Below, piece by piece: positions 20,194 to 29,475 of a stretch of DNA of 64,000 bases (position 1 is the stretch's first letter; every line of letters begins with the position of its first letter). The notes under the pieces were generated by a model. The model was given only the letters and a program-made list of their open reading frames with translations, did not search any database and had not been told where the DNA came from. This DNA is from Bacteroidota bacterium (GTDB lineage: Bacteria; Bacteroidota; Bacteroidia; Bacteroidales; GCA-2748055): contig JBDLIQ010000001.1 in assembly GCA_039714775.1 (NCBI GenBank), positions 19,294 to 83,293 of the forward strand. Direction: 5' to 3'. The translations under genes were made by a program, and so were the position numbers.

Positions 20194-23100
20194 TTACTCA
20201 TCAGATTCCGGCGCAGAGGGTTTTTTCCTTCTCTTTTTGCGGTTTCTCAATCCCTCCCTGTAGCGGGACATCAGTTGACCGATGTGGTCAAACTCTTCGC
20301 TGTATGAGATGCCTATTCCCTGCTTGTAGGGTGCAGTTTCAAAGAGCAGTTCATCCCTGGACCTGTTAAAGGCGATGATGCTCACGTTGTCAGTCCACCT
20401 GAACTCCACATCAAAATCACCCATGATGTAAGGATTGGTTTCGTCTTGCGATGGATTGGTCTCCGTTCCGCCCACATCAACGTTCCCGCTGATGATCACC
20501 CGGTTGTTCAGCAACTGGGTGGAGATGGCCATCTCCACTTCATCGCTTGTAACCTCGTCTCTGGGTCTGTAGTTGATCCCGATGTCAAAATCATCACTGA
20601 TCTGGGAAAGCCAGTTACTAAGCTGGTTGGATAACAACTCACTGGCGGTAACCCCCGCAATTGCACTGCTGTTCATTCCTCCCGCATTCTCGACCCCGTA
20701 GCCTGTCACACTGTAGAAATTATTGATCACCAGCAGGGAGAGAAACTGTTTCATCAGCTCTTCATCTGTACTGGTGCTGTTTTCAAGCAGGTTCCGGGTT
20801 TCAGCATCGGCCGTGGGCATACTGATCCCGGTGGCAATGGTGGGGGTGCCCAGCGCTCCCTGCAGGATCAGGTGGCACTCAACGGGGATCCGTTTCTTCA
20901 ACGATTCACTGGTTTGATCGTCATGGTCGGGATAGAGGTTGTAAGGTGCTGCCCGGGTTGCATAGATCGCTTCCAGATCAAGGGATGCATCCAGTGGTTC
21001 TCCGTTGAAACTGATCTTTCCTCCGGGTTCAATTTTGAACCGCTTGTTGATCACATTCTGCAGGGTGAACAGGTAATCTCCCTTTTCCAGAACCACATCC
21101 CCGAACATTCTGAATCCGCTGGACTGGTCGAGCAACATCCGAAGCTGTCCGTTACCACTTGTCTCGATAATATCTCCAACCTTTGGGTCGAAGATCAGTT
21201 GAACAACCGCATCATTGGTCACATCCACCTCCAGATCCATCTGAATTCCACCGATTTTCTTCTTTGTTGCCAGCTCATCGGGGTTCTCATCCTCTTCGGA
21301 AATAAAGGTGATGAAGTCGCTGGTTACCACTTCACTGGCATTGTACAGGGGAAGGAAGAGGGCCGTATTCTGTTCGGTGGTGCCATTGATTTTTAGCCGG
21401 AGGTTACCGGTCGGACCATTGATACCCACATTGCCGGTGGCGAAGATGGTTCCGTAAAAGACTTCGTTATCGGCGGACTGGGTATTCATGCAATGCATGT
21501 TGGTGGCATCAATGTTCAGGCTGATATAGAAATCCTTCAGGTGTACATTTGCCACCGATCCATTAATCCGCGCACTATTACCGAACTGATCAGCTACCAT
21601 GAAATTTTCCAGAAAAAAGTTGTTGTGGTAGATCCTGACCCGGTCATTGAAAACATACCTGGTATTGAGGAAGTCGAGTGTGGCTGCACCTTCATCAAAT
21701 GCAATGGATCCGTTTAGTTCCGGAGCTTTAAGTGTACCATCCAGGGTAAGGTTCACCCGGGCAACTCCCTCCATATCATGAGCGATCCCCTCTGTATAGG
21801 GATCTAGTGAAGCCAGACTAAAGCTGTTGAGGTTGATATCAAAATCAAGGGCCTGGGTTTCCGGGACAAATGTGCCGCTGGTTTCAGCAACCCTCTCCCC
21901 GTCAACTTCCGATTGCATATCTATATTGATGCTCCCCATCGCCTCATCCCATCGGGCATCCACATCGGTCTTCCCCATAAACTGTTGATTAAACCAGAGG
22001 GAATCAACCCTCAGACTGGTCAGCAGAACAGGGATTTCGTCTGCCCGCTTGTACCTGACGAACCCGGTGACTTCTCCTTCGAGCTCCACGTTGGATCCTG
22101 TCAGTTCGGGAATTTCGGCCAGGTTCAGATTCTCCACCTCCACCAGGAAATCATCTCCCTCACCGGATGAAATGGTCCCGTCGGCCAGGATGTGTTTATC
22201 GATGCTTTTCACCTCGAAGCTGTCAACATGGAGGGATCCCTTTCGCAATAACATGTTGGCCGATCCTACATCCCAGGTCATGTCATTGATGACCACGCTG
22301 CCGGGATCAAGGTCAATAAGGAAACCACGATCCTCTGTCGAATCGGGCTGAAATGCTCCGTTCAGGCTGATCTCACCGGAGAAAACAGGTGTGGTGTCAT
22401 TCTCCCAGCAGAGGGTCATGTGGGCAGTATCACCAGCCGCATCAAATTTGATTACCTGGTTCTGAAGCGAATAGCTCTTCCCGAAGGTCATGCTGTCAGC
22501 ACTGTATCCGGCCTCCAGCAGGTCCGGGCCGGAACGGGCATAGCTCTCCACATTGTACCATCCGTTCCCGGCAATCTCCAGTGAAGGGAATAATCCCTGC
22601 ATCTGAACATTGGCATTCATGGGATCATAGGTTCCCGACAGACTGCTGTTGTCCCCGATTGAGGCATCGGGGATGAAGAAACTCAGCATCGGATTGATCC
22701 GTTTTACGTCGACCTCGTAAACAAAGTAGTTTGATGTGTCCCTGTAAGGGTCGGTGTATGGAACCACATTGAGATAATGGTCCGCAAGGTTCTTGAAAGA
22801 GCGCGGCAGGGTAGATAAATTATATTGTCCGGTGACATCAATATCCACCTGGTCAGAACGGACCCGGATCAATGAGGCTTCCGGGGTATTCCTGGCTGCA
22901 ACAGTTATATCATAAAGCTGTAGCTGTGCATCGGTCTTCTCAAACAGACTGTTAACCAGCTTAAGCTCACCGTTAAGCTCATCGATGCGACGGCCCGACA
23001 GGTCCGTTTCGATCAAGAAGGAGATAAAATAGTTGGGATCGCTCTGGGGAAGATTCAGGAAGTAAGGCCTGGCCCTGGCCACATCCGCTGTAAACCTGTG

Positions 23101-24798
23101 AACGGGAACCTCGCCCGAGAAATCGGTCCTGCCCAGGAAATCCATCTTGATATTGGGGTCACTGATACTGAATCCACCGTCGAAAGTGTTGTTGGTAAAG
23201 GTTCCGTCCAGGGTGATGTTGCTGTAGCTGTAATTGTAAAGTCCCAGTGTATCGATGGTCCCCTCCAGGTCGGCCCTGATCTCTCCATTGAAGAGGTTTC
23301 CTTCCGCAAATACATCCATGTCCAGCTGATCCAGATCCCGCTCCTGTTCGAGGAACTCACCCAGTCTGAAGTCTTTGGTTCTCAAACGGCCCAGGAAATC
23401 CACGCCCCGGTGGTTGTCCGGCTCAAATGAGAGGTCCATGACCATCTGTCCCATGTCTGTGTCCAACAATCCGGAGGCAACAAATTGATCCGGATATCCG
23501 GTGAAATACCCTCTGAAATCGAGATTTCCAAAGTTGGTCCAGGGATATTGGAACTGAGCCAGGGCGTCTCCCTGGGTTCCGGCCAGGTTATTTATGGCCT
23601 TTACGGATGTATTCAGGTTCCTGAAGTTGAAATCCAGGAAGGTGTTGTTGAAATCGGGCAAACCGATCATCATGAAGTCAAATACCAGGGAGCTCTGCCT
23701 GTCAAATGTGATCACAAGGTCATCCCCGTTGAGGTCACTCAGTTTTCCGCTTATATCTCCACCTATACTAACCTGGTCAAACACACTTGCTGTCCCCGGG
23801 ATAAAGCTGAAAAGATCTTCCATTTTCAGGTAAGATTGCCGGGAAGAGAAGCCCAGGTCCACCTGGGTTGAGAATTTCTTGAACCTGTCGTATGACTCAA
23901 AATCAAATGTCAGGAGCGGGATGTCCAGGTCTGAACCTCCGGTTTTGAGTATCATGTCATAAAAATGGAGGTGTCTCTTACCGATGGAAAGCAATGTGTT
24001 GATGTGATGAAAGTCAAGACCTGAGTGTTCCCTTCCCTTTAATGATATAACCTCCATACGGACCGTATCCTGGTATGTCTCCAGGTTGCTCACCCTGATC
24101 TGGAGGTTATCCAGATGGAAATCGTTGAAGTCCACCGGTATTGCGCCATGTGTGTGGCCCATTCTTGACAGGGAAAAGCGTGAATCCACCAGTTCGATGG
24201 AGGCGATGCGGATACGTGATTTCTGTTCAGGGGGGATGTGTGGTTTTTTGAGCTTGTCCGTGATGAACTTCAGGTTTACCACACTGCTGCTGTCAATAAC
24301 CAGGTTAAAATAGGCATCCTCAACGATAATCTTCTTGATGGTCAGTCCTTTGTGTTCCGGTTTGAACTGTTTGATATGCAGTTTTGTGAGTCCGGCGTAG
24401 AGAAGTGTATCCCCATAGAGGTCCTCTACGTAGAGATCCCTTACCTGGACCCTTCTGAAAAAGGAGTAGTTCACCGACGAGAGGGAGATATTTGCCTGCA
24501 GCTCTTCAGACAGGCGTTCGGCCACAAAAAGACTCATACGGGTCTGCACCTGCCTGTTTTGTAAAAAAAGCAGGGAGAGGGCTGGCAAAGCAAGCAATAC
24601 CAGCACAATAATCAGACCTATTTTCGCTATCTTTTTGATACCTTTGTCTACTCTGAATACCTGAATATTACAAATGTAAAAAAAGTTGTCATGGGCACGA
24701 TCATTCTGGGCATTGAATCTTCCTGTGATGATACATCTGCTGCTGTATTGAAAGAGAGGGTGTTGCTCTCCAATGTGATTGCCGGACAGGATGTGCAC
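20194..24798 (-). CDS. tamB: Translocation and assembly module protein TamB (AsmA-like, C-terminal DUF490)
   Basis: Protein of about 1500 aa with a single N-terminal anchor (IAKIGLIIVLVLLALPALSLLFL), long beta-rich repeats and a DUF490-like C-terminus. The 5' end is uncertain. The tracked GTG at 24798 overlaps tsaD by 108 nt, and there is no ATG/GTG/TTG between it and the anchor. Confidence 0.8.
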   Translation of the reverse strand: MHILSGNHIGEQHPLFQYSSRCIITGRFNAQNDRAHDNFFYICNIQVFRVDKGIKKIAKIGLIIVLVLLALPALSLLFLQNRQVQTRMSLFVAERLSEELQANISLSSVNYSFFRRVQVRDLYVEDLYGDTLLYAGLTKLHIKQFKPEHKGLTIKKIIVEDAYFNLVIDSSSVVNLKFITDKLKKPHIPPEQKSRIRIASIELVDSRFSLSRMGHTHGAIPVDFNDFHLDNLQIRVSNLETYQDTVRMEVISLKGREHSGLDFHHINTLLSIGKRHLHFYDMILKTGGSDLDIPLLTFDFESYDRFKKFSTQVDLGFSSRQSYLKMEDLFSFIPGTASVFDQVSIGGDISGKLSDLNGDDLVITFDRQSSLVFDFMMIGLPDFNNTFLDFNFRNLNTSVKAINNLAGTQGDALAQFQYPWTNFGNLDFRGYFTGYPDQFVASGLLDTDMGQMVMDLSFEPDNHRGVDFLGRLRTKDFRLGEFLEQERDLDQLDMDVFAEGNLFNGEIRADLEGTIDTLGLYNYSYSNITLDGTFTNNTFDGGFSISDPNIKMDFLGRTDFSGEVPVHRFTADVARARPYFLNLPQSDPNYFISFLIETDLSGRRIDELNGELKLVNSLFEKTDAQLQLYDITVAARNTPEASLIRVRSDQVDIDVTGQYNLSTLPRSFKNLADHYLNVVPYTDPYRDTSNYFVYEVDVKRINPMLSFFIPDASIGDNSSLSGTYDPMNANVQMQGLFPSLEIAGNGWYNVESYARSGPDLLEAGYSADSMTFGKSYSLQNQVIKFDAAGDTAHMTLCWENDTTPVFSGEISLNGAFQPDSTEDRGFLIDLDPGSVVINDMTWDVGSANMLLRKGSLHVDSFEVKSIDKHILADGTISSGEGDDFLVEVENLNLAEIPELTGSNVELEGEVTGFVRYKRADEIPVLLTSLRVDSLWFNQQFMGKTDVDARWDEAMGSINIDMQSEVDGERVAETSGTFVPETQALDFDINLNSFSLASLDPYTEGIAHDMEGVARVNLTLDGTLKAPELNGSIAFDEGAATLDFLNTRYVFNDRVRIYHNNFFLENFMVADQFGNSARINGSVANVHLKDFYISLNIDATNMHCMNTQSADNEVFYGTIFATGNVGINGPTGNLRLKINGTTEQNTALFLPLYNASEVVTSDFITFISEEDENPDELATKKKIGGIQMDLEVDVTNDAVVQLIFDPKVGDIIETSGNGQLRMLLDQSSGFRMFGDVVLEKGDYLFTLQNVINKRFKIEPGGKISFNGEPLDASLDLEAIYATRAAPYNLYPDHDDQTSESLKKRIPVECHLILQGALGTPTIATGISMPTADAETRNLLENSTSTDEELMKQFLSLLVINNFYSVTGYGVENAGGMNSSAIAGVTASELLSNQLSNWLSQISDDFDIGINYRPRDEVTSDEVEMAISTQLLNNRVIISGNVDVGGTETNPSQDETNPYIMGDFDVEFRWTDNVSIIAFNRSRDELLFETAPYKQGIGISYSEEFDHIGQLMSRYREGLRNRKKRRKKPSAPESDE

Positions 24799-25710
24799 AG
24801 GAAATATGGAGGTGTTGTGCCTGAACTTGCATCAAGGGCCCATCAACAAAATATCGTACCGGTGGTGGATCTGGCCCTGAAGCAGGCAGGAGTGGAGCGG
24901 AGCCAGATCGATGCGGTTGCCTTTACAAGGGGGCCCGGTTTGCTGGGATCTCTTCTGGTTGGGACCTCTTTTACAAAGGGATTTACGGCTGCTATGGGAA
25001 TCCCGATGATTGAGGTCAATCACCTTCAGGCACACATGCTGGTCCACTTTATCCTCGAAGAGGATGGAGAAGAGAGGGCCCCGGAGTTCCCGTTCCTCTG
25101 CCTCCTGGTATCGGGCGGACATTCGCAGCTGGTGGTGGTCAATGATCACCACCGGATGGAGATTATCGGCCGGACTATAGACGATGCAGCGGGTGAAGCT
25201 TTCGATAAGTGTGCCAAGCTGCTCGGGTTGCCCTACCCGGGGGGACCCCATGTGGACAGGCTGGCCGGTGAAGGGGATCCTGACCGGTATACATTCAGCA
25301 AACCGAGACTTGATGGATTCGACTACTCCTTCAGCGGATTGAAAACATCATTTCTCTATTTTCTGAGAGACCGGCTGAAAGAGGATCAGGAGTTTATTGA
25401 AAAGCACCGCAACGACCTCGCAGCTTCACTTCAGAAGACCGTTGTGACCATCCTGATGGACAAACTTATTAAAGCTGCAAAAAAGACCGGGATCAGGCAG
25501 GTCGCACTGGCCGGAGGTGTCTCTGCCAACTCCGGGTTGCGCTCTGCAGTCATGACGGAATCTGAGAAACGGGGATGGGAGGTGTTTATCCCTCCCCTTC
25601 GGTTTACCACCGATAATGCTGCGATGATTGCCATTACAGGGTACTACAGGTACCTGGCCGGTGAATTTGCGTCGGAAGATATCTCACCCATGGCCAGAAT
25701 GTATTTTTAA
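24691..25710 (+). CDS. tsaD: tRNA N6-adenosine threonylcarbamoyltransferase
   Basis: 339 aa. ILGIESSCDDTSAAV, metal site HxxxH (HLQAHMLVH) and GGVSAN are diagnostic of TsaD/Kae1. Confidence 0.95.
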   Translation: MGTIILGIESSCDDTSAAVLKERVLLSNVIAGQDVHRKYGGVVPELASRAHQQNIVPVVDLALKQAGVERSQIDAVAFTRGPGLLGSLLVGTSFTKGFTAAMGIPMIEVNHLQAHMLVHFILEEDGEERAPEFPFLCLLVSGGHSQLVVVNDHHRMEIIGRTIDDAAGEAFDKCAKLLGLPYPGGPHVDRLAGEGDPDRYTFSKPRLDGFDYSFSGLKTSFLYFLRDRLKEDQEFIEKHRNDLAASLQKTVVTILMDKLIKAAKKTGIRQVALAGGVSANSGLRSAVMTESEKRGWEVFIPPLRFTTDNAAMIAITGYYRYLAGEFASEDISPMARMYF

Positions 25711-25755
25711 AACCCTCAAAAAAAATTATTATCTTAGAGTGAAATTTATCTGCGG

Positions 25756-26130
25756 ATGGATAAGCTAGAGTTTCAACCCACTCAAAAGACACCATACGTA
25801 CTGCTGGACCCTTCCGGGAAGATTAAGTTCAAAGGACGGTCCATACCGGAGGATGTATCCCTGTTCTATGAAGATATCCTTGACTGGATCATCGCCTATG
25901 CATCTTCACCCCCTTCACAAACCGAGGTTGATATTGAGATGGAGTACCTCAACAGTGGTACCTCCAAGTACATGCTGCGCCTGCTGAAAAAGATAAAGGA
26001 GCTGGACAGTAACGGTTACGGACTGAAGATCAACTGGGTATATGAAGAGGGGGACGATGATATCCTGGAGCGGGGAGAGTACTATGCAGCCATCCTGGAT
26101 CTTGAAATCACCTTCATCGAGATTGAATAA
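25756..26130 (+). CDS. DUF1987 / SiaC-family partner-switching phosphoprotein
   Basis: 124 aa. Family-typical PYVLLDPSGKIKFKGRSIPED and LEYLNSGTSKYMLRLL (Ser/Thr phospho-acceptor region). Confidence 0.8.
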   Translation: MDKLEFQPTQKTPYVLLDPSGKIKFKGRSIPEDVSLFYEDILDWIIAYASSPPSQTEVDIEMEYLNSGTSKYMLRLLKKIKELDSNGYGLKINWVYEEGDDDILERGEYYAAILDLEITFIEIE

Positions 26131-27141
26131 TCACCTTTTCTGAAGTATCGTGCCCAGGTTTCTCCAGTAAGCCTTGTGGAACCTGTATGACCCGCTATCC
26201 TTAACCACAGAGAGTCCCGGTTTTTCAGGATGGAACTGAACCCCCATCACGTTTGGGTACCGGTCATGCTCAATGGCTTCAATGATCCTGCCGTCCATTG
26301 AGGTTGCTGCAACCACCCAGCCCGCACCGGGCTCCTCCACAGCCTGGTGGTGACTGCTTAAAACAAGGGGTCCCGGGTTGTCTCTGGTACGAAGCTCCTT
26401 CTGCAGGAAGGAGCCCTCCACAATGTTGATCTGGTGAAAATGGTAGGAGGTGGGCGCCTCACATCCGGTGCTGATCATATTGGCATAGTTGCGGTGCACC
26501 TGGTCAGGGGGCATTGAGAGAACCTCCTCAGCACTCCATATCCCGAAAACCTCCGTGGGAATATCCTGGATCAAGGTGCCTCCGGTGGCCACGTTCATGG
26601 TCTGCATGCCCAGGCATATCCCACTCACAAGGTATTTTGGATCTCTCTCCAGAAACGGTCTCCAAAGGGTATCCTGCGATCCGCCCAGAAGGTGGAAAAG
26701 GAAGGAGGTTTCCATAAAGTGCCTCTGTGGATCGGTAACGTTTGTGAGCAGATGGACCGGTTCGTTGTAGACTCCGGGTGGAATATCCGGACCTCCCATG
26801 AAGAGCGCTCCCCGGGAGCCCATGAAGAGCCTCTCGAACTGCACGGTGCAATCATTATTTCCAAAGAGCACCTTACGATCCAGCGCTCCGTCTACCTGGC
26901 GAAGCGAAAACCTGTGATCCGGGTTGTCAAGCAGGCTGGCCCTTGTCTCCTCATAATCATAGGCCTCCCCGGCATGATAAATACCGAGGATATGGTATCC
27001 CTCCAGGTTGAGCAATTTCTCCTCAGCCAGGTTCTGAATTGTTGCAATGTTACCGGCAGTGGGGTTAAACAGCAGAAGGGTGTCCTGGGCAGAGGTCCAG
27101 GCGGTGACCGAACCCAGGAGGAGCAGGAGCAGGAGTCTCAT
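26131..27141 (-). CDS. Secreted class-I glutamine-amidotransferase-like / peptidase C26 (gamma-glutamyl hydrolase family) protein
   Basis: 336 aa with a strong signal peptide (MRLLLLLLLGSVTAWTSAQ). Nucleophile elbow GICLGMQ and His/Glu motif GVQFHPE. Its start overlaps the upstream stop (ATGA). Confidence 0.75.
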   Translation of the reverse strand: MRLLLLLLLGSVTAWTSAQDTLLLFNPTAGNIATIQNLAEEKLLNLEGYHILGIYHAGEAYDYEETRASLLDNPDHRFSLRQVDGALDRKVLFGNNDCTVQFERLFMGSRGALFMGGPDIPPGVYNEPVHLLTNVTDPQRHFMETSFLFHLLGGSQDTLWRPFLERDPKYLVSGICLGMQTMNVATGGTLIQDIPTEVFGIWSAEEVLSMPPDQVHRNYANMISTGCEAPTSYHFHQINIVEGSFLQKELRTRDNPGPLVLSSHHQAVEEPGAGWVVAATSMDGRIIEAIEHDRYPNVMGVQFHPEKPGLSVVKDSGSYRFHKAYWRNLGTILQKR

Positions 27142-29465
27142 TTTAATAAGGATGAAAGTTTTTCGGTAAATTGGACCAGGTTCTCACGTGTCTCCTCGTC
27201 CAGATTCTTCATGGTGATCTTCCCGTTGTTTACCTCCTGCAGGAAATTGGAGGCCAGGATGGCCCTGGAGTAATTGTTAACATTCAGGTATTCGGAGTTC
27301 ATCGCCGTGATCCCTTCCCGGACCTGTACCACATGTTTCTTAAAGTCAATGGTCGAAAAAAGGTCCTCAGCATCCATGGTATCCTCTATAAAGACCATTT
27401 TTTCCTTGGCCAGGTCGATCTTATTGTCAAAAAGATCCTTCATCAGGGTCTCATGGATGGCACGCTCCTCCCTGTTTGCAAAATTGAGGATGCTGTAGTC
27501 GATTCCCCAGCCGATGAGGATGTTGACCATCATTGGGATGCTCTCGGCTCCTGAAGCGGGAAGAAAGTAACACTCTTTATCAAAACTGGTAAGGGTGTTG
27601 ATGGCCTTCAGGAAGTAGTAAGTAGCCAGGTCCTTAACAATCACATTGTTGAACGACTTTATAATCTCCTGCTGACTGAGCCGTGCACCCATTGTGGAAT
27701 AGATGGGGGAGAGGGTATCGGCAGTGGCTGCCTTCAGGGAGCGGGCACTGAACACAAGGGTTTCGCTCAACAGGTCATCCTCGACGGCCCGCTGGACCGC
27801 AAGGATGCGGTAGAGCTTGTTTACATCGATCAGGTGGGGTGAGTGTGTGGTGTAGATGATCTGCATCTGATCCTTGATGTCATCAAAAACGGCCAGTACA
27901 TCCTCCTGGGCCCTGACATGCAGGCTTACACCAGGTTCATCGATCAGGAGGATCTTGTTTCTCTTGCTTTTATCCATGGCCGTGGCTTTCAGCTCAAGGA
28001 AAAAGGAGAGGAACCACCTGACCCCCCGGCTCCTCTGCTTGGGGTAGAGCCGCTCCTGTTCATCCTTGATCCAGAATTCGATATAGGGCTTGCCACTTTT
28101 TTCCGGATTGGTGTGGTCGTAATGGGAAAGTTCGAAGTTGATCTTGATCTTGTTCTTCTTACCCACATTCTGTCTCCAGAAATCCTGGAAGTTGAGGGTC
28201 AGTTCGCCATTCAGGTTCTCAATCTTCTGTTTAAGAATCCTGCTCGATGGCTGCTGAAAGAATGAATACTCCAGGCCTGTGATGGTAAGGAAATTGATGG
28301 CCGCCTTGTAACCTTCTGAACGTCTGTTGGCCCTGATGATATCCTCCAGATCAATGCGGTTGGGAAGCAGTGAACCAAAGTCTTCAAAGAGTTCAAAATC
28401 GGGGAGGATCTTGAAAATTTCCTCGGCCAGCTGGGACGATGAGTAATACTTATTTCTTGAATCGATCTCCTTCTGAGCCGATTTTATAGCACTTTCATTG
28501 GTCATCCCGTCAAAGACAAACCCCAGTGCCTGGAGCCGGATATCATGCTCAGATTGCAGCTTCCGGGTTTCAGATTTCAATTGATCGATCTCCGTCCTGC
28601 ATATCTCCTCCTTGATCTCCGCAGCCCGCTGCTCTTTGTCCGTAGCGTACATCCCGGTCATATGGATCATCTCCCTGAGCCTCTCCTGTGCAGTGATCAG
28701 CTGCGTGCTTTTCTCTTTGATATTCAGTGCAGTCTCCTCCAGTTTTGTACTGGACCCCTTCTTTTCATTAAGCGCGTCAAGGATATCCTGCTTCTCATTT
28801 AACCGCTCCTTTTTCAGAGCAAGTGCCTCTTTCAACTTTGTATGCATCTCCTCTTCCAGGGCCATCTCTTTTTTCAGTTCTGCCCTGTTTTCCCTGGAGG
28901 AGAATCTCCTGCCGGTCCGTTTGAGTTCACCGATCCTGAGTTTGACCGATTCAACCTTTTCCTGTGTCAGTCCCAATTCATCCCCGGCTTTCTCAACAGC
29001 TTTGATGGCGTTGGCCACCTCCCTGCTCATGTTGTCAAGCTTCTCCCTGATCTTGTTTTCCCGCTGTTTTACCTGGTCATCGGCTTCGTCATAGATATCC
29101 TGAAGTTCAGCCCCCATGCTCATGTAGGAGTCCATGTCATCTTCCCATGCCCGGGTCAGTGAGATGGAATCCACTGTCCCGATCACGCTCCGGATCTTCG
29201 GGTGGAGCTTCTTCATCTCAAGCCGGTTCTCAAGCTCTTTGGGGGTGAATTTAAAACGGCAGGATACCCTGGGCAGGGAGAGGTCGCTACGCAGCATGTC
29301 CTCAATGAGTCTGCCGTCATGAAATGCCTTCAGACCCTCCAGGATCGATGTTTTTCCCGACTCATTCTGACCGATAAGGCTGGTGATGTTATCGTGGGCC
29401 AGCTGCTGCCACTCCGTATCAACAATGGACCTGAAATTCTGAACTCTGAATGCGGTTAGTTGCAT
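27138..29465 (-). CDS. ABC-type (AAA_15/AAA_21, OLD-like) ATPase with long coiled-coil insertion and degenerate TOPRIM-like C-terminus
   Basis: 775 aa. Walker A GQNESGKTS, signature-like SRGVRWFLSF, Walker B ILLIDEPG and H-loop YTTHSPH. About 220 aa of E/K/R/L heptad-rich sequence sit between Walker A and the signature. The C-terminal ~200 aa resembles an OLD TOPRIM domain but lacks the acidic residues. Confidence 0.75.
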   Translation of the reverse strand: MQLTAFRVQNFRSIVDTEWQQLAHDNITSLIGQNESGKTSILEGLKAFHDGRLIEDMLRSDLSLPRVSCRFKFTPKELENRLEMKKLHPKIRSVIGTVDSISLTRAWEDDMDSYMSMGAELQDIYDEADDQVKQRENKIREKLDNMSREVANAIKAVEKAGDELGLTQEKVESVKLRIGELKRTGRRFSSRENRAELKKEMALEEEMHTKLKEALALKKERLNEKQDILDALNEKKGSSTKLEETALNIKEKSTQLITAQERLREMIHMTGMYATDKEQRAAEIKEEICRTEIDQLKSETRKLQSEHDIRLQALGFVFDGMTNESAIKSAQKEIDSRNKYYSSSQLAEEIFKILPDFELFEDFGSLLPNRIDLEDIIRANRRSEGYKAAINFLTITGLEYSFFQQPSSRILKQKIENLNGELTLNFQDFWRQNVGKKNKIKINFELSHYDHTNPEKSGKPYIEFWIKDEQERLYPKQRSRGVRWFLSFFLELKATAMDKSKRNKILLIDEPGVSLHVRAQEDVLAVFDDIKDQMQIIYTTHSPHLIDVNKLYRILAVQRAVEDDLLSETLVFSARSLKAATADTLSPIYSTMGARLSQQEIIKSFNNVIVKDLATYYFLKAINTLTSFDKECYFLPASGAESIPMMVNILIGWGIDYSILNFANREERAIHETLMKDLFDNKIDLAKEKMVFIEDTMDAEDLFSTIDFKKHVVQVREGITAMNSEYLNVNNYSRAILASNFLQEVNNGKITMKNLDEETRENLVQFTEKLSSLLK

Positions 29466-29475
29466 GGTTCTGTTT

